A model generated the notes under the pieces. The model searched no databases. It was not told where the DNA came from and saw only the letters and a program-made list of their open reading frames with translations. Of a stretch of DNA of 64,000 nt, positions 13,179 through 27,799 are shown piece after piece. The first letter of the stretch is position 1, and each line of letters begins with the position of its first letter. Source of the stretch: Schmidtea polychroa (lineage: Eukaryota); NCBI GenBank assembly GCA_044892525.1, contig CM097885.1, positions 238,144,001-238,208,000 of the forward strand, read 5' to 3'. The translations under genes were made by a program, and so were the position numbers.

Positions 13179-14546
13179 TTATTATTATTATTAATATTAT
13201 TATTATTAATTATTATTATTAATTATTATTATTAATTATTATTATTATTTTATTATTATTATTATTTTTTATTATTATTATTAATTATTATTAATATTAA
13301 TTATTATTATTATTAATTATTAATTATTATTATTTTTATTATTATTATTAATTATTTTATTATGATTATCATTATTAATTATTATTATTATTTTTATTAT
13401 TTTTATTATTATTATTATTAATTATTATTATTAATTATTATTATTAATTATTATTATTAATTATTAATTATTATTATTATTTTATTATTATTATTTTTAT
13501 TATTATTATTAATTATTACTAATATTAATTATTATTAATATTATTATTATTAATTATTAATTATTATTATTTTTATTATTATTATTAATTATTTTATTAT
13601 GATTATTATTATTATTATTTTTATTATTTTTATTATTATTATTATTATTAATTATTATTATTAATTATTATTATTAATTATTATTATTATTATTAATTAT
13701 TTTTATTATGATTATGATTTATTTATTATTATTATTATTTTTATTATTTTTATTTTTATTAATTATTATTATTATATTTATTATTATTATTATTATTAAT
13801 TATTTTTATTATTATTATTAATTATTATTATTAATTATTATTATTAATTATTATTATTAATTATTATTATTATTTTATTATTATTATTATTTTTTATTAT
13901 TATTATTAATTATTATTAATATTAATTATTATTATTATTAATTATTAATTATTATTATTTTTATTATTATTATTAATTATTTTATTATGATTATCATTAT
14001 TAATTATTATTATTATTTTTATTATTTTTATTATTATTATTATTATTAATTATTATTATTAATTATTATTATTAATTATTATTATTAATTATTAATTATT
14101 ATTATTATTTTATTATTATTATTTTTATTATTATTATTATTAATTATTACTAATATTAATTATTATTAATATTATTATTATTAATTATTAATTATTATTA
14201 TTTTTATTATTATTATTAATTATTTTATTATGATTATTATTATTATTATTTTTATTATTTTTATTATTATTATTATTAATTATTATTATTAATTATTATT
14301 ATTTTTATTATTATTATTATTAATTATTTTTATTATGATTATGATTTATTTATTATTATTATTATTTTTATTATTTTTATTTTTATTAATTATTATTATT
14401 ATATTTATTATTATTATTATTAATTATTTTTATTATTATTATTAATTATTATTTTTATTATTATTAATTATTATTAATTATTTTTATTATGATTATGATT
14501 ATTATTAATTATTATTATTATTATTTATTAATATTATTATTATTTT

Positions 14547-14578
<32 letters not shown>

Positions 14579-15711
14579 ACTATTAATTATTATTATTAGT
14601 TATTAATTATTAATTATTATTTTTATTATTATTATTAATTATTTTATTATGATTATTATTATTATTATTTTTATTATTTTTATTATTATTATTATTATTA
14701 ATTATTATTATTAATTATTATTATTAATTATTATTATTATTATTAATTATTTTTATTATGATTATGATTTATTTATTATTATTATTATTTTTATTATTTT
14801 TATTTTTATTAATTATTATTATTATATTTATTATTATTATTATTAATTATTTTTATTATTATTATTAATTATTATTATTAATTATTATTATTAATTATTA
14901 TTATTATTTTATTATTATTATTATTTTTTATTATTATTATTAATTATTATTAATATTAATTATTATTATTATTAATTATTAATTATTATTATTTTTATTA
15001 TTATTATTAATTATTTTATTATGATTATCATTATTAATTATTATTATTATTTTTATTATTTTTATTATTATTATTATTATTAATTATTATTATTAATTAT
15101 TATTATTAATTATTATTATTAATTATTAATTATTATTATTATTTTATTATTATTATTTTTATTATTATTATTATTAATTATTACTAATATTAATTATTAT
15201 TAATATTATTATTATTAATTATTAATTATTATTATTTTTATTATTATTATTAATTATTTTATTATGATTATTATTATTATTATTTTTATTATTTTTATTA
15301 TTATTATTATTAATTATTATTATTAATTATTATTATTTTTATTATTATTATTATTAATTATTTTTATTATGATTATGATTTATTTATTATTATTATTATT
15401 TTTATTATTTTTATTTTTATTAATTATTATTATTATATTTATTATTATTATTATTAATTATTTTTATTATTATTATTAATTATTATTTTTATTATTATTA
15501 ATTATTATTAATTATTTTTATTATGATTATGATTATTATTAATTATTATTATTATTATTTATTAATATTATTATTATTTTTATTATTATTATTATTATTA
15601 TTAATTATTATTATTAATTATTATTATTAGTTATTAATTATTAATTATTATTTTTATTATTAATATTAATTATTATTAATTATTATTATTAATTATTATT
15701 AATTATTATTA

Positions 15712-15800
<89 letters not shown>

Positions 15801-18800
15801 AGTGATGATTTCTTGGTAGCAGCATTTATTATTTAAAACAATAAAGTGATAATTTAAGCCTTTTGCTGCGAATAATGTTTAATTAAAAGATTTTCGACTA
15901 TAAGATAGTCCTTGTCAATCTCCTGTAATTTAGCAATCTTCCTCCCGAACTTACATTTCTATCTTTCTTTTATTGCTTTTTTCTTACTTCTCATTGGTCA
16001 TAAATATAATATAATATAATGATATACTTTCTTCTACAACAATTGACAACATCCACTTACCTCAGATTCTCAACAAAGATCAAAACATCAAGAGAAATAA
16101 AAACATCAAAGAGTATATTTTAACAAATTTAATTAGAATTATGTATGGAGAAACTCATCGGGAACAAAAGAATCAAGAAAACATTTTGAAAACGTATTTA
16201 AATAATCATTCAAAAGAATTGATCTACAAGCTTTCATGACAGCAGAAGCACATTATTCCCTGCGATTTGACAAAAGAATCAAACACCTTTTGAGAAAAAA
16301 GGAGCTCAAAGCAGGCCTTGGTACGAACAATGTAACACTGGACAGAAATGAAAGCATTAGAGTGAATAGAGAAAATAAAGAATTGGTAATCGACCTCACA
16401 AATTATATATTCGAAGGTGAAAGAGTATTACTTTCACTAGGACCAAAGTTCAGTATAAGGATTACAAGGGAATCGTATACTTTGAGCTCCTACCGCCTAA
16501 CATAACGATTGACATTAGTGTATACTACCAACTATGAAAATTAAATGATTCCTTGCAGCGGAAGCGTTAGAATTGATAAATCGTAAAGGTCTTGTATTTC
16601 ATCATGACAACGTGCGGCCTCATACTTCTTTGGTCACTCGATAAATGCTACAGGAACTAAACTGGTATGTACTGCTTCATCCACCTTACAGCCAACGTTC
16701 CCTCTAAGCTGCGCGCGCAGCACCTCCAACACCCCAGCGCAGCAAAATTATTTTCACCGTAGTATATTTTATTTTTTATTTTATTTTCACCTTTCAATTA
16801 ACATATTTATTATAAAACATTACGAATTTTTGATACTCAATATTATTTCATTTCAATATTATTTCTCAATATTAGTTCATTTTGAATATTTAAAAATTTT
16901 CAATGTTAATAACCAGATGCATAATAACGGTATATTTCTGTAGTGTCGTTTTAAAACTCTTACAACCACGTTATAGCATTTTAACGCTCATTTGTATTTA
17001 AAGGCTGCTCAGCGCAGCTGACTTTGCGCGCACTGCTGCTTATGGCTTAGAGCGAACATTGCTTACAGCCCTGATATAGTACCATCAGAATTTTACCTGT
17101 TTCGTTCTTTACACAACTCTCTAGCAGGAAAATCTTTACTTCAGATGACAGTGTAAAAACGTACCAGAAAAATATTTTTTGCTAAGATCTGAAATTTTAT
17201 GAAGCTAGAATTATGAAATTGCCAGAGAGATAGCTGCTCATCATTGAACAAAATGGTCAATATATACTAGATTAATGTTTTCTCTTTCTGCAAAATAAAT
17301 GGCTTTATATTTTATTATAAAAAACCGAAAAAACTTTCCGGACCACCTAATATAGTAAGGGACATCTTGCATTCGGACATAATATCTTGGAACCTAATAA
17401 TATTCTTAGAATTAAATGAAATGAAGTTAATTGAAATTAGTTTGAAAGATAAACATGTTAAATATGTTAAGATCAAGAAGTAAGGGTTATGATCTCTAAA
17501 CTGACCTGACTCAAATTAGGGCTGCCATTTCAGATCTGTGTTTCGCTCGGAGGCAATAACCTGGAGAGGTGGCGACCCTAGTCTCTGCACTATAATTAAT
17601 AGAATGGAATTTCTATCAGCCTATTAAAATCAGCATTAATTTAATTACATGTAAAGTAACTATCAATATAACTTACCATTTATCATCAATCAACACGGAA
17701 CACGGATTATCAAACTAGACTAGATTATCATCAATGTAGCACTGACTGAACAGACACAAAAGAAATTTCGCACGTCGTGCTAATATGAACGGTGAATGTG
17801 AACGTCGATCGTCTCCGCAGTAGCGATGTTTCGGAACGAAAGAGTATTAGTTTTAACGGCTGCCGCGAGATGGAGTTGACATAATTTTGTGCATATTCAA
17901 TTTTACTTACGTCGTCCGGAGAAATAATAGTTAAACCCGGAGTCCAGTGATAACTCACTGAAACCCGGAGAGTTGGCAACCCTGACTCCAAATAAAATAT
18001 AAATAGACTCAAATAAACAAAATATGGAAAAGTTTACAATTATGTAGATATAAAATTGCTTGACAGGTGGAAATTAACTGGATCAATGGATCCCTCACAA
18101 ATGGCCTGCAAGAATTCGATGGCTTCTTTGTAGCGCAACGATTTATCTTTAAATAAACAGAAGGACAGGAAAGTTGATTGTTTGGGGCTGTTATAATGGG
18201 GATCATTTAATGAACGACAACTAATAATTATGTTAATTATAACTGAATTGATGAATCCGTTCGGAATTTACCCCTTTATTTAAAAACAACCATAATTTTT
18301 TCCAAAAATAATCAGGATAAAATGTATCTGTAAGCAATTACCACACTTAGATGTCTTTTCCTTTAATTGATCAGTAGTACCTCGGAATATGTTCTGTATT
18401 CTTCAGCAAATGTCCAATAGGTTACTCAGTGTCATCTTTTATATATTAGTGTTTACTCGTTGAGCAAAATTTCCGTTCTTTGCAAACAAATCTAAGTTTT
18501 CCTGATTAATTCTTCTGTTATAGTTAACTGATAAGATTTTCTTTTTTTCTCTAATTAGCTGATTATTTCTCACGTCTTCTGTTAATGTAAAAAAAAATTC
18601 GGTCCTAAACGGTAAAATTCTGGGGCTTGTATATTAAATTTTACGCACAAGATTTATTTAACAATTATTATCTATAAATGATTAATTATAAATTGGTAAT
18701 TTTCTGATGACTCATTTTTAATTTTTTAATTGCTAAAATCTTTTTTTTTAATTTTCTTTTAATGTCATCATACGTCACTGGTTATTCATGACGTTATGAT

Positions 18801-21800
18801 AGCAATTACTTTTTTATTTTAAGGGTAAAATTCTGACCCTAACATATAGATTCATTTGATTGGCTTGTAAAATTTAATTATCAACAAAATATTTCAGAAA
18901 ACTTTCCTTCGGAATTAAAACCTTGTCTTTATAACCAGAGTTTAAAATTGCAACAGTCAGCTAGAATGTATATATGTGAAGCAGGTAATGAGGATTCGAT
19001 TTGGAATTGGATTTTTTTACTGTTTTTATAGCGTTTTGCAAAGCTTTAGGTTTTGGCCACGATGACCGATTTTTCGGTGATCAAAGATTTTCCAATACAT
19101 GCACACAATTTCTCCAGATTTTAAACACCTTCAAATTGGAATTGGAACAACTGGATCTCGGTGAACTTTTCATATCTAATTGTGTTGATTATAATTTATT
19201 TAGAAGAAATTGACAATTACTGTTTGCCAATTCTTTTGAAAATTTTTGAGTTCATTAACAAAACTTCAAATGCCATCGTTTGTCGAACGCTGTTGAAATT
19301 TCAAAAATCTCTTTCATCTTGGAACATATCTACCTTTATATTTCTGCTCTATTCAGACACTTATGTTTTACTTGTTGAATTGAATGATATTTTTAAGCTG
19401 TTAAATTGTCTGGCAGAATCAAAGAAAAATGAATCAATCTATTCATCTGTTCGATCAGATTTTGAACATATTAGGATAAATTTGGAAAAATTAAAAGTAA
19501 TTTATTTTCTTTTAAAAATTAATATTTTCTCTGGTGGATAATTATCTTTTTAAATTTTATATTATTCTTGTGGACTTTATTGACAAATTGATTCAAAATA
19601 ATGATAATTGGTGTTGTGGTGTTTAATTTAGTAGCGCGCGATTTAAAATGATTTTTTTAAAATCAATGAAAATAATCTGATTTTTGAGAACTGTTACTCG
19701 GATTTTTTTCAGGGTATTATTGTGTTGTTTAAATATTCGTAATTTTGGAGCGCATTTTCAAACATTAAATTTCAAATTTTAATATTTTTCTACGTATTTT
19801 TTAATTTACGAGGAAAATCAAATTTCATAAAATCGATTTCTCAATTTTTGGGGTCACTATCGATTTCCAATATTTTCGATTTTCCCAGTAATCTATTGAA
19901 TAGTTTTAGACGTAGTTTTAGTTGTTTGACACAGAATTAAATTCTCCACAAGATGAATTGAAAAAAAAATTTAAATTATTGATTTAGAAAATTAGTTGAT
20001 TTTATATGGCATAAGAACTATTTCTCAATAGATTTTCAGTTTAATAAAATCTCCATAAAAGCCTCTAAAATATAATATATAAATATAGTTTTTTGAAATT
20101 ATTGATTTTCAAAGTTTTCAATTTTTACTCAAAATAATCAATATTTCTCAAAGTGCTTAAGCTAATTGAACAAAGAGTAACATTTTCTACAAGATAATGT
20201 AAATTTTGCTTGTATTATGCATGTGAATTGCATGTTGCTATTAATAGAATGCTAAAATGAGCAATTTATGGATTTGCACATCAAATCGAAGTTTGGATTT
20301 CTTATTTTATTATGTTATTAAGTATTTGAAATTTTGGCGCGCTTTTCCAAATATAAATTTTAAAATTTCTCCCTAAATTTGGATTTGAGGAAAATAAAAT
20401 TTCACAAAAACGATTTTTGGGTCATTGTCGATTTTACATATTTTCAATTTTCACAGTAATCTATTGAATAGTTTTAGAAGTATTTTTCATTGTTTGACAA
20501 AAAAATTAACCTCTATACAAAGTGTCACAACACTTTAATAAATTATTGATCTTTCGAATTTTCCAATTTTTACACGAATTGAACAATATTTCTCAAAAAT
20601 AATTTTGATTGATTGAAATCGCAATAAAGTCTAGAAGATTAAATAAATTATGCACGTATATTGCATCTGGATTGCATGTTACTATTAATGGAATGTTAAA
20701 TTGAGCAATTTATGGAAGTGCATATTCAATTAAAATTTGGATTTCTTTAGCAAGAATTGTATGTTAACTAGTATTTGATATTTTTGCGCACTTTTCGAAA
20801 TATAAATTTAAATATTTCTCCCTAAATTTTGAATCTACAAAATGACAACGTTTTAAGAAATTATTGATCTTTCAAATTTTCCTATTTTTAATCGAAATAA
20901 TCAATATTCCTTAAAAATAGTTTGAATTGATTATTATTGATAAATTATGCATGTATATTGCATCTGAATTGCATGTGTATTGCATGTTACTATTAATAGG
21001 ATATGCGTATGTATAAAATGGAATTCTGACAACTGTTGAAGTAACACCGTATGTGGTTGTTTCTCTGAATGTTAATATAATAAGTTTAAAGATTACTGAT
21101 TTATATTCATTTAATTTAAATACAATTTCTTCAAATATTTTCTATTTTATATCATATTTATTTAATATTTAGAATATATATTTTGATATGAATGAAGCGT
21201 TTAAAAACAAAATTAAAATTTCTATATTGTGTAACATTAAAGACAGTTTTCCAAAAGATAGTTTTTGGCTACGAAAGCAGAATTATGATTGTAATGAAGA
21301 TGATAAACTGTCCAATAAGTCTTTTTCTCCTAATCCTTACGTGGTTTCGATTTTGCAATGTAATCTCATTCCAATTATTACATTATTGAAATATTTTGAT
21401 ATGGAATGTCAAAAGAAAGCTGTCAGTGTTGTCATAGAAACCATATTAGATACCTTACTTGTGTACATTTCTGAACGCAGATTAAAATTCAGGTATACCG
21501 ATATTAATGGGCTAAATCTGTTTAATGGGGTTTAGTTTTATTGGTGCATGCCAATTGGAAGCTGACGTCAGCCATCTCATAGGTGGGATTGAGGAACATC
21601 TTTCTGATTATTTGTTGGAATATATTAAAAATCTCCTGATTGTCAAAGATTTTAGTATCATATTTGACATTTTAAAACGGCAGCATGTTTTCGAAGTTGC
21701 TCGTGGTAATGATACAGGAAATATCAGACTCTGTTCAAATTTGAAAGCTGTGAGAATCAATGAAACCAATCAGAAATTATATTCAGGCAATTCGCGATTG

Positions 21801-21914
21801 GAACTCATTTCCCCTCAAACCACCAATGGCGCTTGTCCCAATGTAAATGAATGGTTGAAATTGAGGGCGCATCCTCTGGATTCAAATGTTGTCACATTTG
21901 ACTCGTGTATGTGA
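11462..21914 (+). CDS. CCDC142: Coiled-coil domain-containing protein 142-like, multi-exon
   Basis: GT-AG exon chain approx. 11462-12745 (may hide a small in-frame intron), 12794-13091, 18850-18984, 19032-19161, 19204-19496, 21173-21492, 21536-21914. Spliced C-terminus SPNPYVVSILQCNLIP...YISERRLKFSFIGACQLEADV...NVNEWLKLR resembles the CCDC142 C-terminal domain (IRFSLQGALQLKQDF). 5' end less certain. Confidence 0.7.
13117..15798. repeat. ~2.7-kb complex (ATT)n-derived array inside a CCDC142 intron
   Basis: Pure ATT at both ends and ATT/AATT/ATTT variants in the middle. Confidence 0.97.
16060..16505 (+). mobile_element. Possible Penelope-like element N-terminal remnant
   Basis: VIDLTNY..EGERVLLSLGPKFSI resembles the PLE pre-RT motif; heavily decayed. 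Confidence 0.35.
16555..17352 (+). mobile_element. Mariner remnant (3' transposase plus right TIR) interrupted by a hAT MITE
   Basis: FHHDNVRPHTSLVTR*MLQELNWYVLLHPPYS|PDIVPSEFYLFRSLHNSL; ends ...aaactttccggaccacctaata. Confidence 0.8.
16693..17061. mobile_element. hAT-type MITE
   Basis: TIRs caacgttccctctaag / cttagagcgaacattg; perfect 8-bp TSD cttacagc (16685-16692, 17062-17069). Confidence 0.85.
17517..17984. mobile_element. Probable hAT (Blackjack-like) MITE
   Basis: Ends tagggctgcca / ttggcaaccctg; near-TSD actcaaat vs actccaaat. Confidence 0.5.
19740..21000. repeat. Degenerate ~3-copy tandem duplication (units ~450-590 bp) in a CCDC142 intron
   Basis: ttttgg(a/c)gcgc.tttt..aaa..taaattt recurs at ~19741, 20330, 20780; aatctattgaatagttttaga at ~19891, 20458; ttgcatgtt.ctattaat at ~20228, 20672, 20980. 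Confidence 0.75.
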
Positions 21915-22309
21915 TTTTATCTAATGGTTATGTTCGACTAAAATATTTTTTTAATATAATTTTGCAACTCTCAGTAAGTTTTATTATTTATTGTTGTTTC
22001 TCTGGTAATATGACAATACATATGATTTGCTATATTTATATAAGGAGAGAAATCAGAGTTATTTTGTAGCAATAGACATGGTCAATCTGTTTTAAGCACG
22101 AAAAAGGTAGAAGTTGAATTATTATTGTAATTGTTGCATAAGAATGGATGTTGTTTAAATAATTGGATTAGAGAAAAGGCAGTTTTTCAAATAGAAAACT
22201 TTGTATATTTAATAAGCTTTGTTGTTCAGTTTAAATTGAAAATTACAATTAAATTTGTTTAGCCATATAGTTTCTCATCTATTAATATAACCTTGGCATT
22301 TAATAGAGT

Positions 22310-23140
22310 TAATATTTCATTCAATATTATTTATTTTTCAATTAATAATATAAATATTTTATTCAATATTATAAATTTTTCAATTAATAATATAAATATT
22401 TTATTCAATATTATTTATTTTTCAATTAATAATATAAATATTTTAATCAATATTATTTATTTTTCAATTAATAATATAAATATTTTAATCAATATTATTT
22501 ATTTTTCAATTAATAATATAAATATTTTAATCAATATTATTTATTTTTCAATTAATAATATAAATATTTTAATCAATATTATTTATTTTTCAATTAATAA
22601 TATAAATATTTCATTCAATATTATTTATTTTTCAATTAATAATATAAATATTTCATTCAATATTATTTATTTTTCAATTAATAAAATAAATATTTCATTC
22701 AATATTATTAATTTTTCAATTAATAAAATAAATATTTCATTCAATATTATTAATTTTTCAATTAATAAAATATATATTTCATTCAATATTATAAATTTTT
22801 CAATTAATAAAATATATATTTCATTCAATATTATTAAGTTTTCAATTAATAATATAAATATTTCATTCAATATTATTAAGTTTTCAATTAATAATATAAA
22901 TATTTCATTCAATATTATTAACTTTTCAATTAATAATATAAATATTTCATTCATTATTATTAACTTTTCAATTAATAAAATAAATATTTCATTCATTATT
23001 ATTAACTTTTCAATTAATAAAATAAATATTTCATTCAATATTATTAAGTTTTCAATTAATAAAATATATATTTCATTTAATATTATTAATTTTCACAATT
23101 AATAAAATATATATTTCATTCAATATTATTAATTTTTCAA
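22310..23140. repeat. 42-bp minisatellite, ~20 copies
   Basis: Unit ~aatattatttatttttcaattaataatataaatatttcattc; produces the spurious 14-aa-periodic ORFs. Confidence 0.95.
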
Positions 23141-23149
23141 TCAATAATA

Positions 23150-24350
23150 TAAATTATACGAAAGCACCCATCTATTCTTTTCACAGTATATTTCGATAGT
23201 TTTTCTGTCATCAATCATCATCGTCACGATCAGAATAGTTTTGAATTTGTTTCCTGCATTGCACAATATGATAGACACAGTGTGGATGAAATTAGTCTGT
23301 TTACTAATGTATTCAATCGGTTGAAACAATTGAATTATGTTGGTTGTTATGAAATGAAAACCTCTCTGAACATCATATTTTGGATGGAAGAGCATTTCGT
23401 GAACTTCTTGAATATGCTACTTCAAAAATCAATTTTCCTTTCAATAATGAATGGTATCAACAAATAGATGGAGTTACTATGGGTTCTCCTTTAGCACCTA
23501 ACCCAATTTTTTTAGCAAGCTTTAAAAATAAAATTGTATTTTTCCAATGTATGTTTATAAACGGTGTGTGGATGATATTTTTCTTATATTTGAAAATCAG
23601 AGGCATGTTGATCCGTTTTTGCATTATATCAGGGCTTCTTAAACTGTGGGTCGCGACCCCAAATGGGGTCGCAAAATTTTTATATAAAATATCTAAATAC
23701 ATAAAATTTCATAATTGTCGTATGTTTTCCTACTCATTGGGCAAATGGGAATTTGCCCGCAGTGACCAATATAATAAACTGAAACGTCAATTTTTTCATA
23801 TGTATTTATATTATTACCTAATTAATAAATCTTCACAAAAAATTTATATATCTTTATATTAAATTATAAGGGGTCGCAAAAAAGTTTACAATCATAAATG
23901 GGGTCGTGAATGAAAAAAGTTTAAGAAGCCCTGCATTATATGAATAGTCTACATAAAAACATTGTATTCACAAGTGAAATTCGGAAAAAAATCATCATTT
24001 GCTTTCTTGGATCTGTTAATACAATGCAAGGAGAACCAGTATGAGACAGAAATTTATATAAAACCAAGTGATACTGCATCCGAAAGGTTTTGTGAATTCA
24101 AGTATAAGAAAAATATGGCGAAGGAGTCGATTTATCGCTAATGTCTTTGTCTTCTACTTTTGTAAATTCAGTAAAAAGTGTTGACAAATTGGTTGAATTG
24201 TTAATGAAGAACGGTTATTCAAAATCCTTTTTATTAATTATGGTAAAAGAGACTGTTAACAGATTTATTAAAAATCCTCATATAGTTATTATATCCTACT
24301 TGATGATGATAGGAAAACTGTCAAAATATATCATGAAAAGAATGTTTGAT
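23150..24350 (+). mobile_element. Penelope-like retroelement reverse transcriptase remnant
   Basis: SLFTNV; FPFNNEWYQQIDGVTMGSPLAP; YKRCVDDIF; HY|MNSLHKNIVFT; FAFLDLLI; EIYIKPSDT; LMKNGYSK, across frameshifts. Confidence 0.85.
23630..23933. mobile_element. hAT (Charlie-like) MITE inserted in the PLE RT
   Basis: TIRs cagggcttcttaaact / agtttaagaagccctg; subterminal ggggtcgc motifs; 8-bp TSD cattatat. Confidence 0.9.
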
Positions 24351-27145
24351 TAGCGTTTTCTTATAATTAAATCATTTCCATATATGTTTAACTATTTATT
24401 AATAATATAATTATTTCTTTCAATATTAATTTTTCAGTTAATAATATAAATATTTACTTTCCAAATACTGTGGTAGATACAAGTATTTCTTCTTGCTAGT
24501 CTTATCGGTATCTTCAATGGAAGATTTTACTATCACTCACCACCTAGAATAATCGACTACTTTTCTGTCAAAGATTGGTAGCTCTAGCGGTTTCAACCTC
24601 ATCAAGGATTTTGGTCGTTATTTGGACTCTTCACTCTTAATTAATCCTTCTGTAATTTAAGCGACTCAATTTTGAAACTGTCTTCTTTCTTTATGAAGCT
24701 TAGATCTCCTGATCTATCTAAATCAGCTTTCAATCTACATAGATCAATTTCATAATTTTTATTTCAGATTCGCGTCCCAACTCTTGAACGTAGTATTTCA
24801 ACTGCTAAAATTGTACCATAACTTTTTATTTGTTCTCGTAGGCTTCACGTATTTTTTATTCTTCAGCCGAATCTACAACATCTGCCAGAGGTCTGTTTCA
24901 CTGCCACCCTATCACTATTTTTAACTATATTCTCTTTTTATTGCTTGCCTAAAATTTGGCAGTGGTTACAAGAGATCATCCTTTCAAATCTATGACGAAA
25001 TGGATTGTGGATTCATTTTTTATTTTGTACATATTAAATCATTTCCATATTCTAATCACTTTCCAGTAAATTTAGGCGTTGATAATCGTGTGAGATTCCC
25101 TCTTTACCTTGAATTTCAACATTTTTAACTTCAAGTGTAAGCGTTTTGTCTGTTAAGGTTTTAATGTACTTTGTATCTCCCACTTAATTCCAATGCCACG
25201 TGCATAGTAGATTCTTTTTGAATGTTAAAGTAGAACAGAGTACGCCATTCTCTCAAGACTGCCACTCTTCTTTATATCGCCAACAAAGATCTCAACAATT
25301 ATGATTTTTACTGTAAATTTTGAAAATTAAGCGCATGGTTTCTAAGGTAATTTTAAGGGAAATGATTCGGTTTTAAAATATGTAAAATTAACTTAAATAA
25401 TATAATAAGACACAAATACCGTGCTGGAAAATAGACAGAACCACGATATGCTACCAGAAATGTTATTGACAGCATCATTGTATTGGAAGAGAAATCTTTG
25501 ATCACCTGCAACAATTTCAATCAGAGCACTACATGAAGATGAAAGTGATATCTTTTGACCACTTGGTAATTTTACCAGTTTCAGTTTTGTGTGGATTTCC
25601 ATTAGCAAGTGCAACATGTTCTCTATCTCCAATTTCTGTTCCACAGTAAACAAATTAACCAGTTAACATTCCTTCAGCAGCAATGAATATTTGCATTATT
25701 TATAAGCACATTTTCCTGAATCATGTATTATATCTCTAACAATGCATTTGTTAGATCCCGATCTGGTGGATAGATTCTCCGTAACACAAACTATATCGGA
25801 CTCCAAAAATTTATAAATATATGTGCGTGCAAATAGATAATAAATATGAATTAACGAAGGTAAGATAATTTTTAATAAGATTTATTCAATATGCACGAAA
25901 TATACAAGATTGATTATTGTGTAGCACAAATATCTGCGGCAGATACTATAAAGTAAATAATATCGGTTGTACAAACAGTCCTCAGATATAAGAAACAAAT
26001 GCTGGATCTAATATCTCACAGCACTGTATTTTAAGTTATGTTAAAGATGGAGAGGATTCCCGAAGTTTATCGTTTAGAATCAAGGTCGATCTAACGTTTT
26101 CTAAAATGTTGGTTCCCTCTAGAAATTTAAAACCGACGAGTAAGACAGACCGAAATGCTGCTTCCATGACCGGGTTGTACAGTTTAAAATTATAAACAAG
26201 ATGGTAAGTTACAGGTAGTCAAACATTTTACCCTGTCGTACTGTCACCAGCGTAACCCAGAATACAATAGCAATTTCACCGCTTGGTACCCGTTGAGTGA
26301 TCAACGTTGGTACTGTATCAAGGGTTTGAGTACCAGCAAAAAGTGAGCATGCTTGGCATACTATAATTGTCCAGTACTCACTTGGGTCCACAGACTGCCG
26401 ATAGAAGGCCTATTTCCGATTTTCTCCGGTCCCTTCACTTCCAGATTGTGTTGCCGAATGATCGACTTTCATCAGAGATTTACGCAAATAAAAGATTTAA
26501 TAGAACCATAAACACATCTAATTTTAATTATACATACTACAACAAATGTTAAGTGGATATTATTCTACTCCACCGGGGCAGTTACTTGGATTCCTTGAGT
26601 GATCGGCACGTGGGCTAGTTTTGCCTGTCGTTGCCTGGCCCGTGCCGCTTTACCGAGACAAATCTTTTTCTGGGGCAGAAGGTGTAGAAATACTGGGCCT
26701 GCCGATAATCTCTGACAGATGCCGGACTCGGGCTATCGCATCCTTGTCGATTCACCTGTGCCTCTAACTCCCTGATTCTCAGACGGAGGGGTCGCAGTTC
26801 CAGTTGGTCTTGCGCGCTCAACTTCAGGCGCTTTTGCATTTCGATAGGGGGAACCACCTACTCTCCAACTCGCAACATCGCCCTTTGAATTTGGATAATT
26901 TGGACTGATACGCCTTCACCTGCTGTTGCGCCCGTTCGCGATCTTGGCTCATATTATCCAAGAATTTCAGCACTGAAATGATGAACTAGTTAATGATACT
27001 TTTTTTTATCAATTTGGTCGATCAATCGCACCCAGCCCTTATAATTTATGTCGTATTGTACGTAGACTCAACTCTACGGCCTTGTACCAGAGTGCCGTTA
27101 ATCCCCAAATTCAGTTAAATGCATGCATCTCAAAATTCAAATAAA

Positions 27146-27221
27146 TGAACAAATTGAACGAAGTAAATTGTGAACAAATTGAACAAAGTAAATTGTAAAC
27201 AAATTGAACAAAGTAAATTGT
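27146..27221. repeat. Three 25-bp tandem units
   Basis: tgaacaaattgaac(g/a)aagtaaattg x3. Confidence 0.85.
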
Positions 27222-27799
27222 CAAAAACAGATCGGTTAAACTGATATAACAACGGTATCAGAGCCGTCTAAAATATACGGCTGATCACAATGAGGCTAAG
27301 TCGTTGAGAGGATTTTTCCGGGGGCGTCCCAGTCTCCTGGGAGCATTCGTCGTGGCTCCCTGCCTCTAATGTTGCACATTTCTGGGTTGATCCACACCGG
27401 ATGGCGGCAGTCCTCTCGGGATAACATTGAGACTTGGCGAACCCATCGGGGTCCTCTAAAGCGCCTGGTACCCAATCCAGGGCCTCCTTGACGTCGTCGA
27501 AAGCCCACATCAACGCCTGCTTTGTATAGGTGATGTAGGGTTCCACCGGGACTACATTCTGGTATGTCCAGTCATGGATACAATATCATATCCATCTCGT
27601 TCGAAGTCTGGTAAGGGTTTGATCGTTGGATTCGTAATCTTCGGAAGTACCTTGTCTCACTGGGGATACTTCTTGATTAGGCTCGGCCGTCGATGGGCTG
27701 GCCTGGTAAACCTCTTGGTTTGCGCTATTTATGCCTGTGATAATCAAAGAATACGATAAATTTCTTTGCTGTTAATGATTTTATCTTTAATAAAGGCCA

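Noticed and set aside
13092..13222. Poly-Tyr tail of ORF 12887-13222
   Set aside because: Read-through past the gtgagt donor at 13092 into the (ATT)n array.
22293..23102. 269-aa and 123-aa ORFs with 14-aa periodicity
   Set aside because: Artefacts of the 42-bp minisatellite.
25749..26212. Candidate LTR (TGT...ACA) of Gypsy 1
   Set aside because: No second copy near 31700-32500 and no clear polypurine tract or primer-binding site seen.
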